DNA from: the human T2T-CHM13v2.0 reference genome, Homo sapiens
DNA length: 64,000 nucleotides
NCBI RefSeq assembly: GCF_009914755.1
Contig: NC_060938.1
Strand: one strand, 5' to 3'
In this document: in pieces, positions 41,250 through 54,460 of the stretch
Numbering within the stretch: the first letter of the stretch is position 1
Layout: each line of letters starts with the position of its first letter
The notes under the pieces: generated by a model
Seen by the model: the letters and a program-made list of their open reading frames with translations, nothing else
Database searches by the model: none
What the model was told of the DNA's origin: nothing
Program-made: the position numbers and the translations under genes

Positions 41250-42477
41250 TTTCTTTTTAATAGTAATACTTTATTTATTTATGTTTACCTTTTATTTTAA
41301 GTTCTGAGGTACATGTGAAAGTTTGTTATATAAGTAAACTTGTGTCATGGGGTTTTGTTGTACAGATTATTTCATCATCCAGGTATTAAGCCTAGTATTA
41401 ATTAGTTCTTTTCCCTGATCCTCTCCCTCCTCCTATCCCCCACCCTTCCCAAAGGCCCCAGTGTGTGTTGTTCTCTTCTACATGTCCATATGTTCTCATC
41501 ACTTAGCTCCTACTTCTAAGGGAGAACATGTGGTATTTGGTTTTCTGTTCCTGTGTTAGTTTGCTAAGGATAATGGCCTCTAGCTCCATCCATGTCCCTG
41601 CAAAGGACATGATCTTGTTCTTTGTTTGTGGCATAGTATTCCATAGTGCATATGTACTTTTGCATCCATGTTCATCAAGGATATTTGCCTGAAATTTTCT
41701 TTTGTGTGTGTGTCTCTTCCAGATTTGGTATCAGGATGATACTGGCCTCATAGAATAAGTTAGGGTGGGGTCCCTCCTCCTCAATTTTTTGAAGTAGTTT
41801 CAGCAGGAATAGTCCCAGCTCTTCTTTGGACATCTGGTAGAATTCATCTGTGAATCTGGTCCTGGGCTTTTTGTTGTTGTTGGTAGGCTAGTTATTACTG
41901 ACTAAATTTAAGTGCTCATTTTTGGTCTATTCAGGGATTAAATTTCTTCCTGTTTCAGTCTTAGGAGGGTGTATGTGTCAGGAATTTATCCATTTCTTCT
42001 AGATTTTTGAGTTTATATGCATAAAGGTGTTCACAGTAGTCTCTGATGAAATAAGGGACGGATGGAATAAATTTTTACTTCTATGGGTCAGTAGTAATAT
42101 CCCCCTTGTTTCAGATTATGTTTATTTGAATCTTCTCTCTTTTCTTCTTTATTAGTCTAGCTAGTGGTCTATCTATTTTATTATTTTTTTTTTTCAAAAA
42201 GAGCTCCTGGATCCGTTCATCTTTTGAATGGTGTTTTGTGCCTCAGTCTCCTTCAGTTCAGGACTGATTTGGGTTATTTCTTTTCTTCTGCTAGCTTTGC
42301 TCTTAGGTCTCTAGTTCTATTAGTTGTGAAGTTAGGTTGTTAGCTTGAGATCTTTCTAACTATTTGATGTGGGCATTTAGTGCCATACATTTCCTTCTTA
42401 ACACTGCCCTAGCTGTGTTAGATTCTGGTATGTTGTATCCTTGTTCATATCAGCTTCAAAGAACTTCTTCATTTCTG
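41250..42477 (-). mobile_element. L1PA (approx. PA8-PA13) with ~2 kb internal deletion
   Basis: 3' UTR/ORF2 end (to about 41657) joined directly to mid-ORF2 ttttgcatccatgttcatcaaggata; candidate diverged TSD at 41231-41248 and 42479-42496. Confidence 0.92.
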
Positions 42478-42769
42478 TAGAATAGGCCTAATCTTTATCA
42501 TTCTTCAACATTGTATTGATTCTGGACCTTAGTGTATGAAACAGATTTATAAGAAATGAGACCAAATAAACTATTAAAATGTGTTATAAACACTAGAAAA
42601 TTATTTCTTCATCCAGAGTGCTTACCGTTAGAGAAATATCATATTGTTATAATCATTGATTATGTTGATTATTTGCCACCTCTCACACTAGTATATATTA
42701 AATAGATTAGCTTAGAAAATGGTCCTTGTAAGCTTTGATGTTTTTCCCTTTTCTTGGCATTTTTCATCA

Positions 42770-43060
42770 CTTTAAGTTAGACTTACATTATGTCTCTCCC
42801 AGACTTCCATAATCATTTCCTAATCATTCCCCTTTCTCCTAGTGCACTCCTCTTCAAACATTTCTCCATGTTGTAGCTGGAGTTTTCTTTCTTAACATTC
42901 AAATATAATTATATCACTCCTCTGCTTAAAATTTGACTCTCTCTCTGTCTGACTCCGAACACTCCGCTCAGAATAAAGAACAAACTTTGAGGTGCAGCAA
43001 TTATCCCTGCTCAAGTAACTCTCCCTTGTAGCTGCACTAATCTATTTACTGTTTCATCGA
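42770..43060 (+). mobile_element. L2 fragment
   Basis: ttctccatgttgtagctggag...tatatcactcctctgcttaaaa...ctcagaataaag. Confidence 0.65.
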
Positions 43061-43071
43061 AAATTGACTGA

Positions 43072-43396
43072 GGTGGGGCGCGGTGGCCCATGCCTGTAAT
43101 CCCAGCACTTTGGGAGGTTGAGGCGGGTGGATCACTTGAGGTCAGGAGTTTGTTACCAGCCTGGCCAACATCATGAAACTCCGTCTCTACTAAAACTACA
43201 AAAATTAGCCGAGTGTGGCGGCGTGTGCCTGTAGTCCCAGCTACTCAGGAGGCTGAGGCAGGAGAATCATTTGAACCCAGGGGGTGGAGGTTGCAGTGAG
43301 CCAAGATTTCACCACTGTACTCCAGCCTGGGCGACAGAGTGAGATTCTGTCTCAAAAAAAAAAAAAAAAAAAAAAAAAAGAAATAAAAGAAAAGAA
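43072..43396 (+). mobile_element. AluSx/Sz
   Basis: Full dimer with long A tail; diverged TSD ATTGA(C/T)TGA. Confidence 0.95.
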
Positions 43397-43465
43397 ATAT
43401 TGATTGAATATGTCCTCTTTCAAATACTATGCCTATGCTTTACATGCATAATAATACTTATTTCT

Positions 43466-43917
43466 TATAGTGGACACTGTTGATGTCCCAGCCAGATCCC
43501 TTTATTGGCCCAGTTACCACTGCCAGTTGCTGTGAGAGCTAATAGAGATATGTGAGCTGCTAATAGCTAATAGAGAGGTGTCCTCCATCAAATGGGAGCC
43601 ACCTCATTTTTGAGGTTACACACTGCTCACTCCCACCCCTTATTTTACCCCCAGCCAATGACTGACTGACTAGGTTACCAAAGTCAGCCATCTTCCTCAG
43701 GCTGGGACCAACTCTGGATATTTCATGCCCTTAAGCTTCCCATGGGATTAGACCGAGGCTGAAGCTCATCTCAAGTTGGGACCGTATTCTTACTTAACTT
43801 ATATTTTCCTGTTTTATCCTTGATTTCCATGACCCTTCTGAAAACTCTCTCTCTACGAACCCCTGTGACAGGAACTTGCTTGTCAGACTCTATCTCTAGG
43901 AAACTTAATCTAAGACA
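43466..43917 (+). mobile_element. LTR16 (ERVL) solo LTR
   Basis: tatagtggacactgttgatgtcccagccagatccc...cagccaatgactgactga...ctctaggaaacttaatctaagaca. Confidence 0.8.
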
Positions 43918-44389
43918 GATAGTCTTCAGGTGAACCTAAAGGTGGTGGTGGTATTATTATTGCTATTTTATAAATGATAAAACTAAAGTTCAAAAACAAT
44001 GTAACTTCTTCCTCTGTTCTTTTATAAAAATTAATAAATTGTTTAAAAATACACAGGAAATTTTACTATAGTGGGTCACAAGCACAAATGACTTCAGAGT
44101 TGAGGCATATAACATGCACATGTACGAGCTTAGGAATAAGACAATTACCGGTGGAATCGTTGTTGAAACTGAATCTCAGATCACCGCAAAATCCACTCAG
44201 ATTTTGTGATTTTTAAATATTTTTATACTTTATATTATCATATTATTCATGTAGTTATAATATTTGCTCTGTTTGAGACAGTACACTAAATGATTTAGTA
44301 TGTGATCTGTTTGAGCCTCCCCTGTACCATGTAGACCAGTCATTCGGGGTAGACATCTCTTTCCTCCTGTGGCCTTGTGGGCAGAGCTT

Positions 44390-44838
44390 ACCTTGTATTG
44401 TCATGGCTAACAATGGCAGATTTGTTCCCAGCCTTCCTGTGGCTAGGGATGACCATATGATCCCATTCTCTCCTTCAGAACCCTGGAAATGAGTCTTTTC
44501 CCCGATTAAAAAAAGAGGAACAAAGAAAGATGTCAAATAAGAAAGTGCAAGCCATCATTTCTGGCTTTTCTGTGAGAATGTGATATATAGACTGCTGCAT
44601 CCAGTTTCAGACCACAAAGGGTGACAATGACAGCACAATGGGAATGGAGAGCAGAGAGGTGGAAAGAGCCACGGCACTGGATGATGAAGTTGGACACAGG
44701 TACTGAACCCACTCTGAGGCTTCATTCTTCAGGTTTCTTGTTACATGAAACAAAAAATAGAAAACACTCTTGTTTGAGCCACTTTTCAAACAGGAAAAGT
44801 GTTCTCTTACACGCAGCAAAAAGCATTGTAAATGATAT
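44390..44838 (+). mobile_element. Old MaLR/ERVL LTR (MLT1I-L or LTR33-like)
   Basis: cccagccttcctgtggctagggatgaccatatga...cttgttacatga...ttgtttgagccact...gcagcaaaaagcattgtaaatgata. Confidence 0.65.
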
Positions 44839-46039
44839 AATAGTAGAAAAGTAAGCCTCAGAGAATCTTAGTATCTTGACTGATTTTTGTATAAGTAGTA
44901 AGTGGCAGTGTTACCGTTTAGACTCAGGTGACCTGACACTTCTCTAGAGAGGATTTTTCCTTCCATTGAACATATGAAGGCATCCACATTTTTGTACAGT
45001 TCTCACTAGGCTTCTTCTAAATACTAGGTTGACCAAAGGGTTCAGAATGCCTGAATTTCTCAGTAAAACAGTATGTATAGGGAAGGATTTTCCTAGAAGT
45101 ACAGAGGATGAGCGAGCACCCAGCTCATTTTTATGCACTATAAATTTGAAAATAAATCTTTGTCATCTGAAGTAATGGGATCTCAAAAATAACACACTCT
45201 CCTACCTCCTGTTCACATTTTCCTTGAGGAAAAAAAAGAAATATCCTATTTGAGTAAAGAGCAATGTAATCTGGATGTTGCTACTCAAACTTTCAGGATA
45301 TAGGTATTATTTTCCATACTCAAGAGATTTTCAGAAGGCACGTTTAAACAATATGGAAAGTTTATGTCTTTACTTCAGCTAATGCAGTATGTAGAAAAAA
45401 GTGAAGACAAGACTATTTCCCTAAAGAGGTCTCCAAATTGTCTATGGTAGGTAAACATGTACAGATTCAAATAGAGATTTGTATAAAATTACCAAAGAAG
45501 GCATATACATCAAATAATATTTTTTGGCAAGTGTTTTCTGTTTAAAAATTTGGGTTTGGAAGAGTGAATCATGTTTATGATCAGCTTTGCATTCCACTGG
45601 AGTTTTATGTGTCGATTGCAAAATGCTTACTGGTTCTTTCTGAAAGATGCCTCTGGATGAGGCTTGATAATGATGGTCTTATTACTACAGTAAAGTGCCC
45701 TTCTAATATATCACAGATAATTACTCCTGTAGCAGAAAAGCCAGAAAATCATAAATACCCAAGGGGATAAAATTTAAAATGAAGATATTTGCTACCAAGA
45801 TTAAATTAAATTAAAGCAAATGAAGTATAAACATTTGATTATTTTTTGAAAAGTTCAGTGATTTCCTAATCATGAGGTAGGAATTATTTCCTCTGGGAAC
45901 ATACCAGAAGAATTTGAAATCTTTCAAACTAATTTGTCTGATAAAAAGTAGGACTCTGTCTTTTATAGTTCTTTGAAATTTAAAATGGATTACTATATGC
46001 ATTTTCTCATTTCATTGTTATAGCTTTTCTGTAAGGAAT

Positions 46040-46150
46040 ATAGACTAAGGATTATTATTTCATTATTTTACAGATTAAGTAAATGAAACAGAAAAAGGAT
46101 ACTTGTCTGGGATCACAGTCAGTAATTGGAAGATTTTGGTCCAATCCCTA
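46040..46150 (-). mobile_element. MIR fragment
   Basis: attttacagattaagtaaatgaaacaga...acttgtctgggatcacag. Confidence 0.65.
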
Positions 46151-46283
46151 GAATGGTATTTTACTGTTTTTACAAATGTCACTGATAGAAGTTTTAAGAA
46201 CTGAGTTTGAAAGGAGCAGAGTTTTCTGCAGTTTCCTGTTTGGGGTAGTTAAGCAAAAGAGGGGCGCTTTTTAATATTTAATA

Positions 46284-46384
46284 ATTTTTTTTAGATGGAG
46301 TCTTGCTCTGTCGCCCAGGCTGGAGTGGAGTGGCAAGATCTTGACTCACTGCAACCTCCACCTCCCGGGTTCGAGAAATTTTCC
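46284..46384 (-). mobile_element. Truncated Alu (3' ~100 bp of right arm)
   Basis: agatggagtcttgctctgtcgcccaggctggagt...ctcccgggttc then abrupt end. Confidence 0.9.
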
Positions 46385-46489
46385 ATTTTCATCATTATAG
46401 AAAAATACAGAGGGCTAAGAATCAATTATCCTCTCCTAAAATTGATAAAGGGGAAAGACAACTAAGAAGAGATAAAATCCTATCATAAA

Positions 46490-46615
46490 CCGGAAAGATT
46501 TTATATCTTGATCTTAGTGATAAGTATATAGGGTATCTGCATGTGAAAAATTATCAAGCTGTATGTTTAAGATCAGTATACTTTACTAAGATTTATCTTA
46601 ATAAAAATGTAAAAA
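46490..46615 (+). mobile_element. L1ME/MD 3' terminal fragment
   Basis: tatatcttgatcttagtg...atgtgaaaaattatcaagctgta...ttaagat...actttact. Confidence 0.65.
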
Positions 46616-47571
46616 TAAATGCATAAATATATCTATACATGTATATGTACAGGTATATTCAATGTATATTCACATACGCAATGATTACATGTAGAACTTT
46701 TCTGTATATAAAATTAATATTACAGTGGAAATTTTTCCATTGCTTACTTTGTTACAGAGGCATAAAGAAAACCTTCTGCTTTTTAAATTGCACATATGAT
46801 AATTTGTTCAAGAAGAATATAAAATCTATTGTTGGTCATACATAAAATGCTCAAATGACACAACCATACTTTTTTTGAAATTGTTTTGCATCCTTCACTT
46901 CTAATGCCTAGAAGACCAATGGTCACAGAGAAGATATTCAATAAATGTACGCCCAATGATCAAATCAAAGAAACTTCAAAAACACAGGATGTGCCTTTGA
47001 CAAATCTTATAAGCTCCATTTCTTTCTCCCTTAATATCGGAAATACATCTCAACCTGATGTGCTTCTTGGCTGTCCAAATCACCAGGTCTTTTTTGGACA
47101 ATCCCCTTTCATGCTCCAAAGCTTTCCATAAAGCTATGTCAGTTTGTCCCAACAAAGCCTATGTGCATACAGTCACCATCTTGACTCATCTGTGAAGTGA
47201 TCTCAGACACCTGTAAGGAGATGAGTAATGTTGTGAGTGTGTGTGAGCATGTGTGTGTGTGTGCTGGTTGGCATTGAGGTGTTGACAAACAAGGTCATAG
47301 GTATATTAGTGGATAGTTTCCATATCATAATGAATCTTTACATCATTGCAAGATAAGAATTAATCTCAAAGTAAGTAAATATTATGCCAACATATTACAA
47401 TTTGAAATAAAGTTGAGAAGAAAAATCAGGTTTGTCTCACTCTGCAGATGTCCTGCTGTTATTTTGTCATCCTTCTAATTCATAATCTACTAGAATTATA
47501 GAACCTCAATGTGGCTTTGGAACTTTCTTATGATAAATGTGTATATATTCCTAGAGATTCCTGAGAATATG

Positions 47572-47890
47572 GGCAACATAAAACGTTTAGGTCTGCAATG
47601 TACCACATATACAAAGGTGGTCCCATAAGATTATAATATTGTATTTTACTTTACCTTTTCTATAGATATGTTTAGATACACCAGTGGTTACTACTGTGTT
47701 ATAATCATCCACAGTATTCAGTAGAGTAATGTGCTGTACAGGTATATAGCCCAGGAGAAACAGGCTATACCTTATAGCCTATGTGTGTAATAGGCTGTAC
47801 CATCTAGGTTTTTGTAAGTACAACCTGTAATGTTTACATAATGTCTACTTTGTCTAACAATGCAATTCTTAGAACATATTGCCATCCAGG
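47572..47890 (+). mobile_element. Tigger3a (MER7A), TcMar DNA transposon
   Basis: ggtggtcccataagattataata...cagtattcagta...aggctgtaccatctaggttt...gtaagtaca. Confidence 0.9.
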
Positions 47891-48119
47891 TGAAGTGTTC
47901 AGTGTTCCACAGATAATGAAATAATCTGGACTAAAATGTAAATCTTGTAGTTACTATTAGAAAATAATTTCTTGTATAAGAAGGGTTAAGGCACTAAATG
48001 TCCATCCAATAATACACGGCCTCTTCAAGGAGCTAGTAACCATTTTTAAAAAAGACTATTGGAAAGAAAAAAATTACAAACGTGAAGTAAAAGATCCTTA
48101 ATGGTGCCATAATCCTGTT

Positions 48120-48322
48120 CCTCCCTTATGTGTATCATAGCCACCCACACTCATTTTACTGTATTTCAATCATCTGTAATTTTTCATTTCCATGGTAGAT
48201 ACTGAGCTTTGAAAGTGAAGGAGTTGTTCTTTCTGTTACTTGTTTGCTTTTTAATTCTGAAGCAGGACTTGGCACCTACTAGGTGCTCAGTACTGTTTGC
48301 TCATTAAGTGAAGAATAAATGG
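48120..48322 (+). mobile_element. L2 3' end
   Basis: actgagctttgaaagtgaagga...gcaggacttggcacctactaggtgctcagtactgtttg. Confidence 0.7.
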
Positions 48323-49594
48323 TCCATTGGATGGAAAGTGGAATTTCAGTTACCATGATAAGTATTATTTTTTTATTCAGGGAAGTCTTTTGGGGCCTCT
48401 TGAAAATATCACTTATGTGACAGCCTACTTAACCTATATGTAAGGACAGTGGCCAAAGCAGAAATAAGTCTGTCATTCCCAAAGGAGCTATCAATCATTG
48501 TAAAAACTATGCATGATCTATTCAAGGGAGAAAGATACAGTGTCTTCATTCACTAGATTTCATTCCAAGAAAAGAAAGTTGGTTAAACAACTTAGAATGT
48601 TGGCCAAAACAGACATGTTAGTTTAAATTGGTCTGTGTAATCAATCATTTGGAAAAGATTATTAGATTCTACTATAATTCATTTTATATGTTAGTTTATA
48701 AAAATAATGTTTTTTCTTAATCTCACATGGAGAAAAAACAAAACTGTCTCTTCCTTCCACTTTGCTTATAAATGACCAGATCTAGCCTTCTCTTCTCAAG
48801 CATCCATGCTAAATGTGTCCTCCCTGGAGGCCTGGCCGAATAAGATCAGATACAAGGCCAAAATGAATTTTTTTCCCATTAGTGAGTATGTTTGCTACGT
48901 GGAGGACACTGTGTGGGCTTGAGGTCATGGATGCAGATGTAGGAAGTTGTCAAAGGGATAAAACAGATTTCATTAGCTAGAAGTGGCTGAAATTTCTCTC
49001 ATTACAATCATAGCAAGGTCACAAGCGTGATTAAGAATGCATATTACATATTGGTTAGGTTTAATTATAAAAGGTAGTTTGTCAAGTCACTGGAAAATGT
49101 TAACAAATGCCATCACTACTTGTAATGACATTGCAAAACCTCGAAATATTTGCAGTTGTCATCCACCTGGATCTTGTGGTCACCATGAGAAATATTAACA
49201 CACACTCATTGGAGAAGAAAAATTGATTACTAGTGTATGTAATTAAATAATTAGGCAGATTAACTATTTTTCTCTTTCATGGTTAAAAAAGGTTCTTACA
49301 AAAACAAATTTATTTGTATTTCACTGAACTTCACACTGCTGAGGAAGAAAAAGATCAAAGCCCCACATCCATACCCTACAATAGTGAAAAGAGATTATGT
49401 CATTGGATTCTGCTTTGTCTAAGACGAAGAGTTGCTCTGCTCAAGGTCGCTGTATACCCTTCTGATGGCCAAAACCTCCAGGTTGCCTCCCCCATCTCTA
49501 ATGTTGAATGGGAATTCTAGTGTCATCAAGGTGCACTCAGAACAGTTTGGCACACTTAAGAAACCTTAAGTGCCAAACCTTAAGTTTGGCACTC

Positions 49595-49921
49595 AGCCTG
49601 GCACGGTAGCTCATGCCTGTAATCCTAGCACTTTCAGAGGCCGAGGTGGGTGGATTGCTTGAGCCCAGGAGTTTGAGACAAGCCTGGGCAACATGGTGAA
49701 ACCCCATCTCCACTAAAAATACAAAAAACTAGCCTGATGTAGTGGCATGTGCCTGTAGTCCTAGGTACTTGGTAGGCTGAGGTGGGAGGATCAACTGAGC
49801 CCAGGGAGTCGAGGCTGCAGTGAGCCATGATCACACTACTGCACATCAGCCTGGGCAATGGGAGTGAGAGACCCTGTCTCAAAAAACAAAAAACAAACAA
49901 ACAAACAAAAAACAAAAACAA
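49595..49921 (+). mobile_element. AluJ with (CAAA)n tail
   Basis: ggattgcttgagcccaggag and gaggtgggaggatc...gtcgaggctgcagtgagccatgatc. Confidence 0.94.
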
Positions 49922-50436
49922 CCCTCTGTACTGTCATCTGCAAAATGCCCCCATCCCCATGATGATCCCCTAAATCTACATCTTTAGACTGTGCTGTGGT
50001 ACGAGGAAAAAATGTCACTACCCACATAGGAATAAAAAGGCAACTTTCTTAACTACCTCATTATGAGAACAATGTAGAATTGGGCAAAATATATTTCTTT
50101 CTGGCAGTTTTACTCAGAGTGTCAATATCTTCACTAAAATTGTCATGCAAGGTTTACTCAGTCCCAAAATCCACCAGTAAAAATATCTGGAAGGATCTTC
50201 TGTTTAGTTTGTTTTTTCGTTTGTAACTTGACAATAATATTTTTTTCCAGAATGACTTAAAGCCGTACTATGAAATGTGAATTATATATAGCTGTCACTA
50301 GAGCTACTTTTATGATCATAATACAATAATATTCAGATATTCTTTTCTTATTGTGTTTTAATGGTATTGCTAAATCTTCATAAGTAACTACTTTAAATCT
50401 TTGGCATATGATAGCTAAAAGTCTTTTTTTCCCCGA

Positions 50437-50845
50437 TTTTTTCTTTTTTTTAACCATAATTTCCATTTTATTGTATTTTTTTTTCTAGAGGGTAGTTTTT
50501 CTTCAGTTTTTAAAGACTCAGCTCCTTACGTGGATCTTGGTGGAGGTTGGCGGGCAGCACCTTGGGTCTAAATTGGGGTGGGGTGTTTGATCCCTCCACG
50601 CTTCACAAGAATGATTCCTTTCACAAACAGCTGTGAGGAACACAAGCACTGGAGATACGAGCATCAGAAATGCCCTTGATAGCTGTGGACTCTGCTGTGT
50701 GAACTTAATGGCCTTGTTCTTGGACCCACATGGGACACAGTTTGTGGAGCGAATAAGCTGCATGTAGCTGTGGCCCTTTTTGGCATGACTGTTATTCCTT
50801 CTTTTTTCTTTTGTCATTATGCAAGCAAGGTTGCAGGAGAAAAGA
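50437..50845 (-). pseudogene. RPS26: Processed pseudogene of 40S ribosomal protein S26 (RPS26/eS26); specific RPS26P number not determinable
   Basis: Minus-strand MTKEKRRNNSHAKKGHSYMQLIRSTNCVPCGSKNKAIKF resembles RPS26 [39 protein letters not shown]; later ERNHSCEAWRDQTPHP resembles VRNRSREARKDRTPPP; intronless; RPS26-like 3' UTR (taaggagctgagtc...aaactgaaga); AATAAA at 50467-50472; poly-A remnant at 50437-50451; frameshifts present. Confidence 0.93.
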
Positions 50846-50857
50846 GTTTTTTTCTGA

Positions 50858-51200
<343 letters not shown>

Positions 51201-51289
51201 TCTCCTTCCTTATTCTAATTTATGTAGGTGTTCTTTTATACATAGGTATGTGCATGTGAGTCTTGCTTTCTATTAGTCTTTGTGGAATA

Positions 51290-51876
51290 TCTCTGTTTGT
51301 ATATCTGCAAAAATTGATGGTTCCTTCTCTCCAAAGTTTTACAATTGAGTTGAAAAAAAAAACAATAGAATACTGTATCTGTTGTGATGCCAAGAATATT
51401 GATACTCTTAGGGAGCAATTGAGTACCGGAATGAAGTTAGGGAATCCAGTGTTTCAAGGCTGTCAAGTGTGCTGTAAAGGCTGTATAGGATGGAGATAAA
51501 TACTGGACATATGGCAAGGCAGGCTGAAGACAAACTGGACAACCTTTGCATGTCAGGGTGAGTGATTTCAAATATTTCTACATGTCTACAGCCCCTTTGT
51601 AGGTTTTTCAGAAATAGAGGACATTATCCAAATTTTTGCTTGAGAAAGAATTCAAATTCAACTGGAATTAGACTCTATCGGCTTATCTCCAAATATTTAC
51701 ACTAAGTGGGAAACTAAAGGCAAATAGATGAGAATAAATATAGATTATAGGAAATGCTGGTTACAGATTATAGTTAGAGAGACTTAAGGTAAACGTCAAT
51801 TAGGATGAGATAACAGAAATTTATGCAGCATTTAAGTGCAAAAAAATAGCACTTGGCGACTGATAGTGGAAGGTGA
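51290..51876 (-). mobile_element. L2 fragment
   Basis: atggttccttctctccaaagttttacaat...ggcaggctgaagac...ctttgcatgtcagggtgag. Confidence 0.55.
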
Positions 51877-51883
51877 GAGAGGA

Positions 51884-52267
51884 TATCATAGTCTGCTCAT
51901 GCTACTGTAACAAAATACCATAGACTGGCTAACTTTGGCTAAAATAACATAAATTTATTTTCTCATAGTTCTGGAGGCTGGGAAGTCCAAGATCAAGGTG
52001 CCATCCCATTTGGTTTCTCATGAAGTCTTTCTTTCTGGCTTGCGGACAGCTGCCTTCTGAGTGTGTCCTCATGTGGCAGAAAGAGAGGGAGCGAGCTCTC
52101 TGGTGTCTCTTCTCATAAGGACACTAATCCTATCAGATCAATGTTCCATTCTATGACCTCATGTAACCTTAATTACCTCCTGATAGGTGCTATCTTGAAA
52201 CACAGTTGCATTGGGGGTTTTAGCTTCAACATGTGAATTTTAGGGAGACACAATTTCTTCCATAACA
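51884..52267 (-). mobile_element. MLT1A0 (MaLR) solo LTR
   Basis: ctgtaacaaaataccatagactgg...agttctggaggctgggaagtccaagatcaaggtgcc...cttcaacatgtgaatttt; GAGAGGA on both flanks. Confidence 0.9.
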
Positions 52268-54104
52268 GAGAGGAAGACACCGAATCTGGCTTGTCTCTCT
52301 TCAGTTTTCTTCTGCATTACAAAGTCCAAATTTTTAGGTCACATACAAGGTTTAGCATTTTGTTTTAATCTTCCAAACACTGAAAAGAATTCTTTAATTA
52401 ATATTTTAAAAGCTGTGTATTTTAGCATTGGAAATAACTTTGTGTAGTAGTAAAAAGTTGTTATCAGCACCAAAAAATAGAATAAAATTTCAGGAAATTG
52501 AAAGACAGAAGAATTCTCTTCTCTCTGTGAAGTTTCTCCCTTCTACTCTATCAGTTGCTGCTCACTTGACAGCCACCAGCCAGGCTAAGCTGCAAGTTCC
52601 ATGTCATCTCCAGACTTCAGGCAGAGACTAAGTGGTCTTCTAGCTCCGTAATGCAGAGAAATATCATAACACTACTTTTTATTTTCATATTCCGTTAAGT
52701 CTACATACAGGCAGTCTGGAAGTCAATTCAAAAATTCTATGGTTTTAAAACCCCAATTGAGAAAAGCTTATTAGTCACCTGGAAAAGTTCAAGGAGAGGA
52801 TTTAACTCCTTTGGCTGTATCATTTTGGGTAAGAAATGATCTGCCAGGGAGGAAATCGTGTCTAGTGTCAGAACCCAGTTTGCCCTGAAAACCTGGCTTT
52901 CCTTCTTCCTCCTCCTCTGTCTGATTAGGAAGGGAATGGTGAAAGTGCCTGAGGTAGAAACTTACAAGCATCTGATGGTATGGCTTTGAAGCCGGTTCTT
53001 AAAGATAAATACTGCTCTTCACTTCCAATATCTCTGGCTTAAAGTAAGTAACAGTTGGACTATTTCATTCTAGGCTTAACACAGTATATATGGGTCCAAG
53101 CTATTCAAAATGCTACGTTGAGGAGTCCTACATTCTTTCAATATAAGATACATGATTCTGTCTCTTATTTCACAAATAAACAGTAAGCAATATATCAGTT
53201 TCCTCAACAACCCTACTATCATCCTAAATTATCTGCATTTTTAAAAACGTTTAACACTTGAATGATTCCTAGAATTTTTATGATTCAAGGATGTTATATT
53301 GTGTAATAGGAAGAGCTGTTTACTTGGTGGCTGCCTGCATGTCCCCTTCCCCTGTTTTTAGAAAACTAAACTGGTGTGAGTTGCTAATTGACAATGGAAT
53401 TAGATAAATTGTGGGGAAATGAGACACCTTTGCATTTCGTTTGATCTTAGACACAGAGGTACATGTCCACTAAGTGAGCATTTATGTCCAATATCTTGAT
53501 TCCCCCAGGATAAGATGCTGGTTGCTAAAGTAGCTAATTTGTGCTGATCACATCAAATTAAGCAATTCTTTGATATTTAATACAGAATTTACCATACAGT
53601 GAATATAAGTGTAACTGAATTTTTATTTCTCTTCCTGTTGTTTTCTGGCCTATGATTGCATAATTGGGTGAGGGGAAGCATTAGAAGAACATCCAGAGAT
53701 TTGGGGATTATTAGCATGAATCTTAATACATAAGCAGTGCATTCAGTCCTGAGTACATTACATAAATATTTTACAACAGTTTGTTTTCTTTTATTTTTAA
53801 GCACAGTTAATTATATATATAAATCTTATATGAAAGAACTTTTCAAGTAAACATAAAGCAAATTGTTCAGGATATTTGTCCACTTTTATCAATTGCAAAC
53901 AAATCATTTAAATGAAATCTGGCCATGTCACCAGTATGTTTTGTTTCCAAAATTAAAGTCTAAAGATTACCCCAATTCTGGTAATTCCATTCCCTTCTCG
54001 ATGGACTATGCCTTGTTTTGTTGGAATGGTTGAAGTAAAAGCTTAACTGAAGATAAAATTAGGAAGTAAAGCAGAGACTATTACTTGGTTGAGAAAATTT
54101 TTAT

Positions 54105-54460
54105 TTATTTTTGTAATAATTTCAATACTTATTTTAGATTCAGGGCATAAATGTGCAAGTTTGTTACATGGGTTTATTGTGTGATGCTGAGGGTTGGAAT
54201 ATGATTGATCCTGTCACCCAGGTACTGAGCAGAGTCCCCAAAGTTTCATTTTTTAACATTTACCAACACCTGCCCTCTGGTAGTCCACAGTGTCTATTAT
54301 TGCTCTTTATATCCTTGAGACCCAATGTTTAGTTCCCACTTAGAAATGAGAACATGCAGTATCTGGTTTTCTGTTCCTGTGTTAATTTGCTTGGGATAAG
54401 GGACCACAGCTGCATCCATATTGTTGCAATGGACATGGTTTTGTTCTTTTTTATGGCTGT
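54105..54460 (-). mobile_element. L1PA15/16-L1PB 3' end
   Basis: ttttagattcagggcataaatgtgcaagtttgttacatggg...gagaacatgcagtatctggttttctg. Confidence 0.9.
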
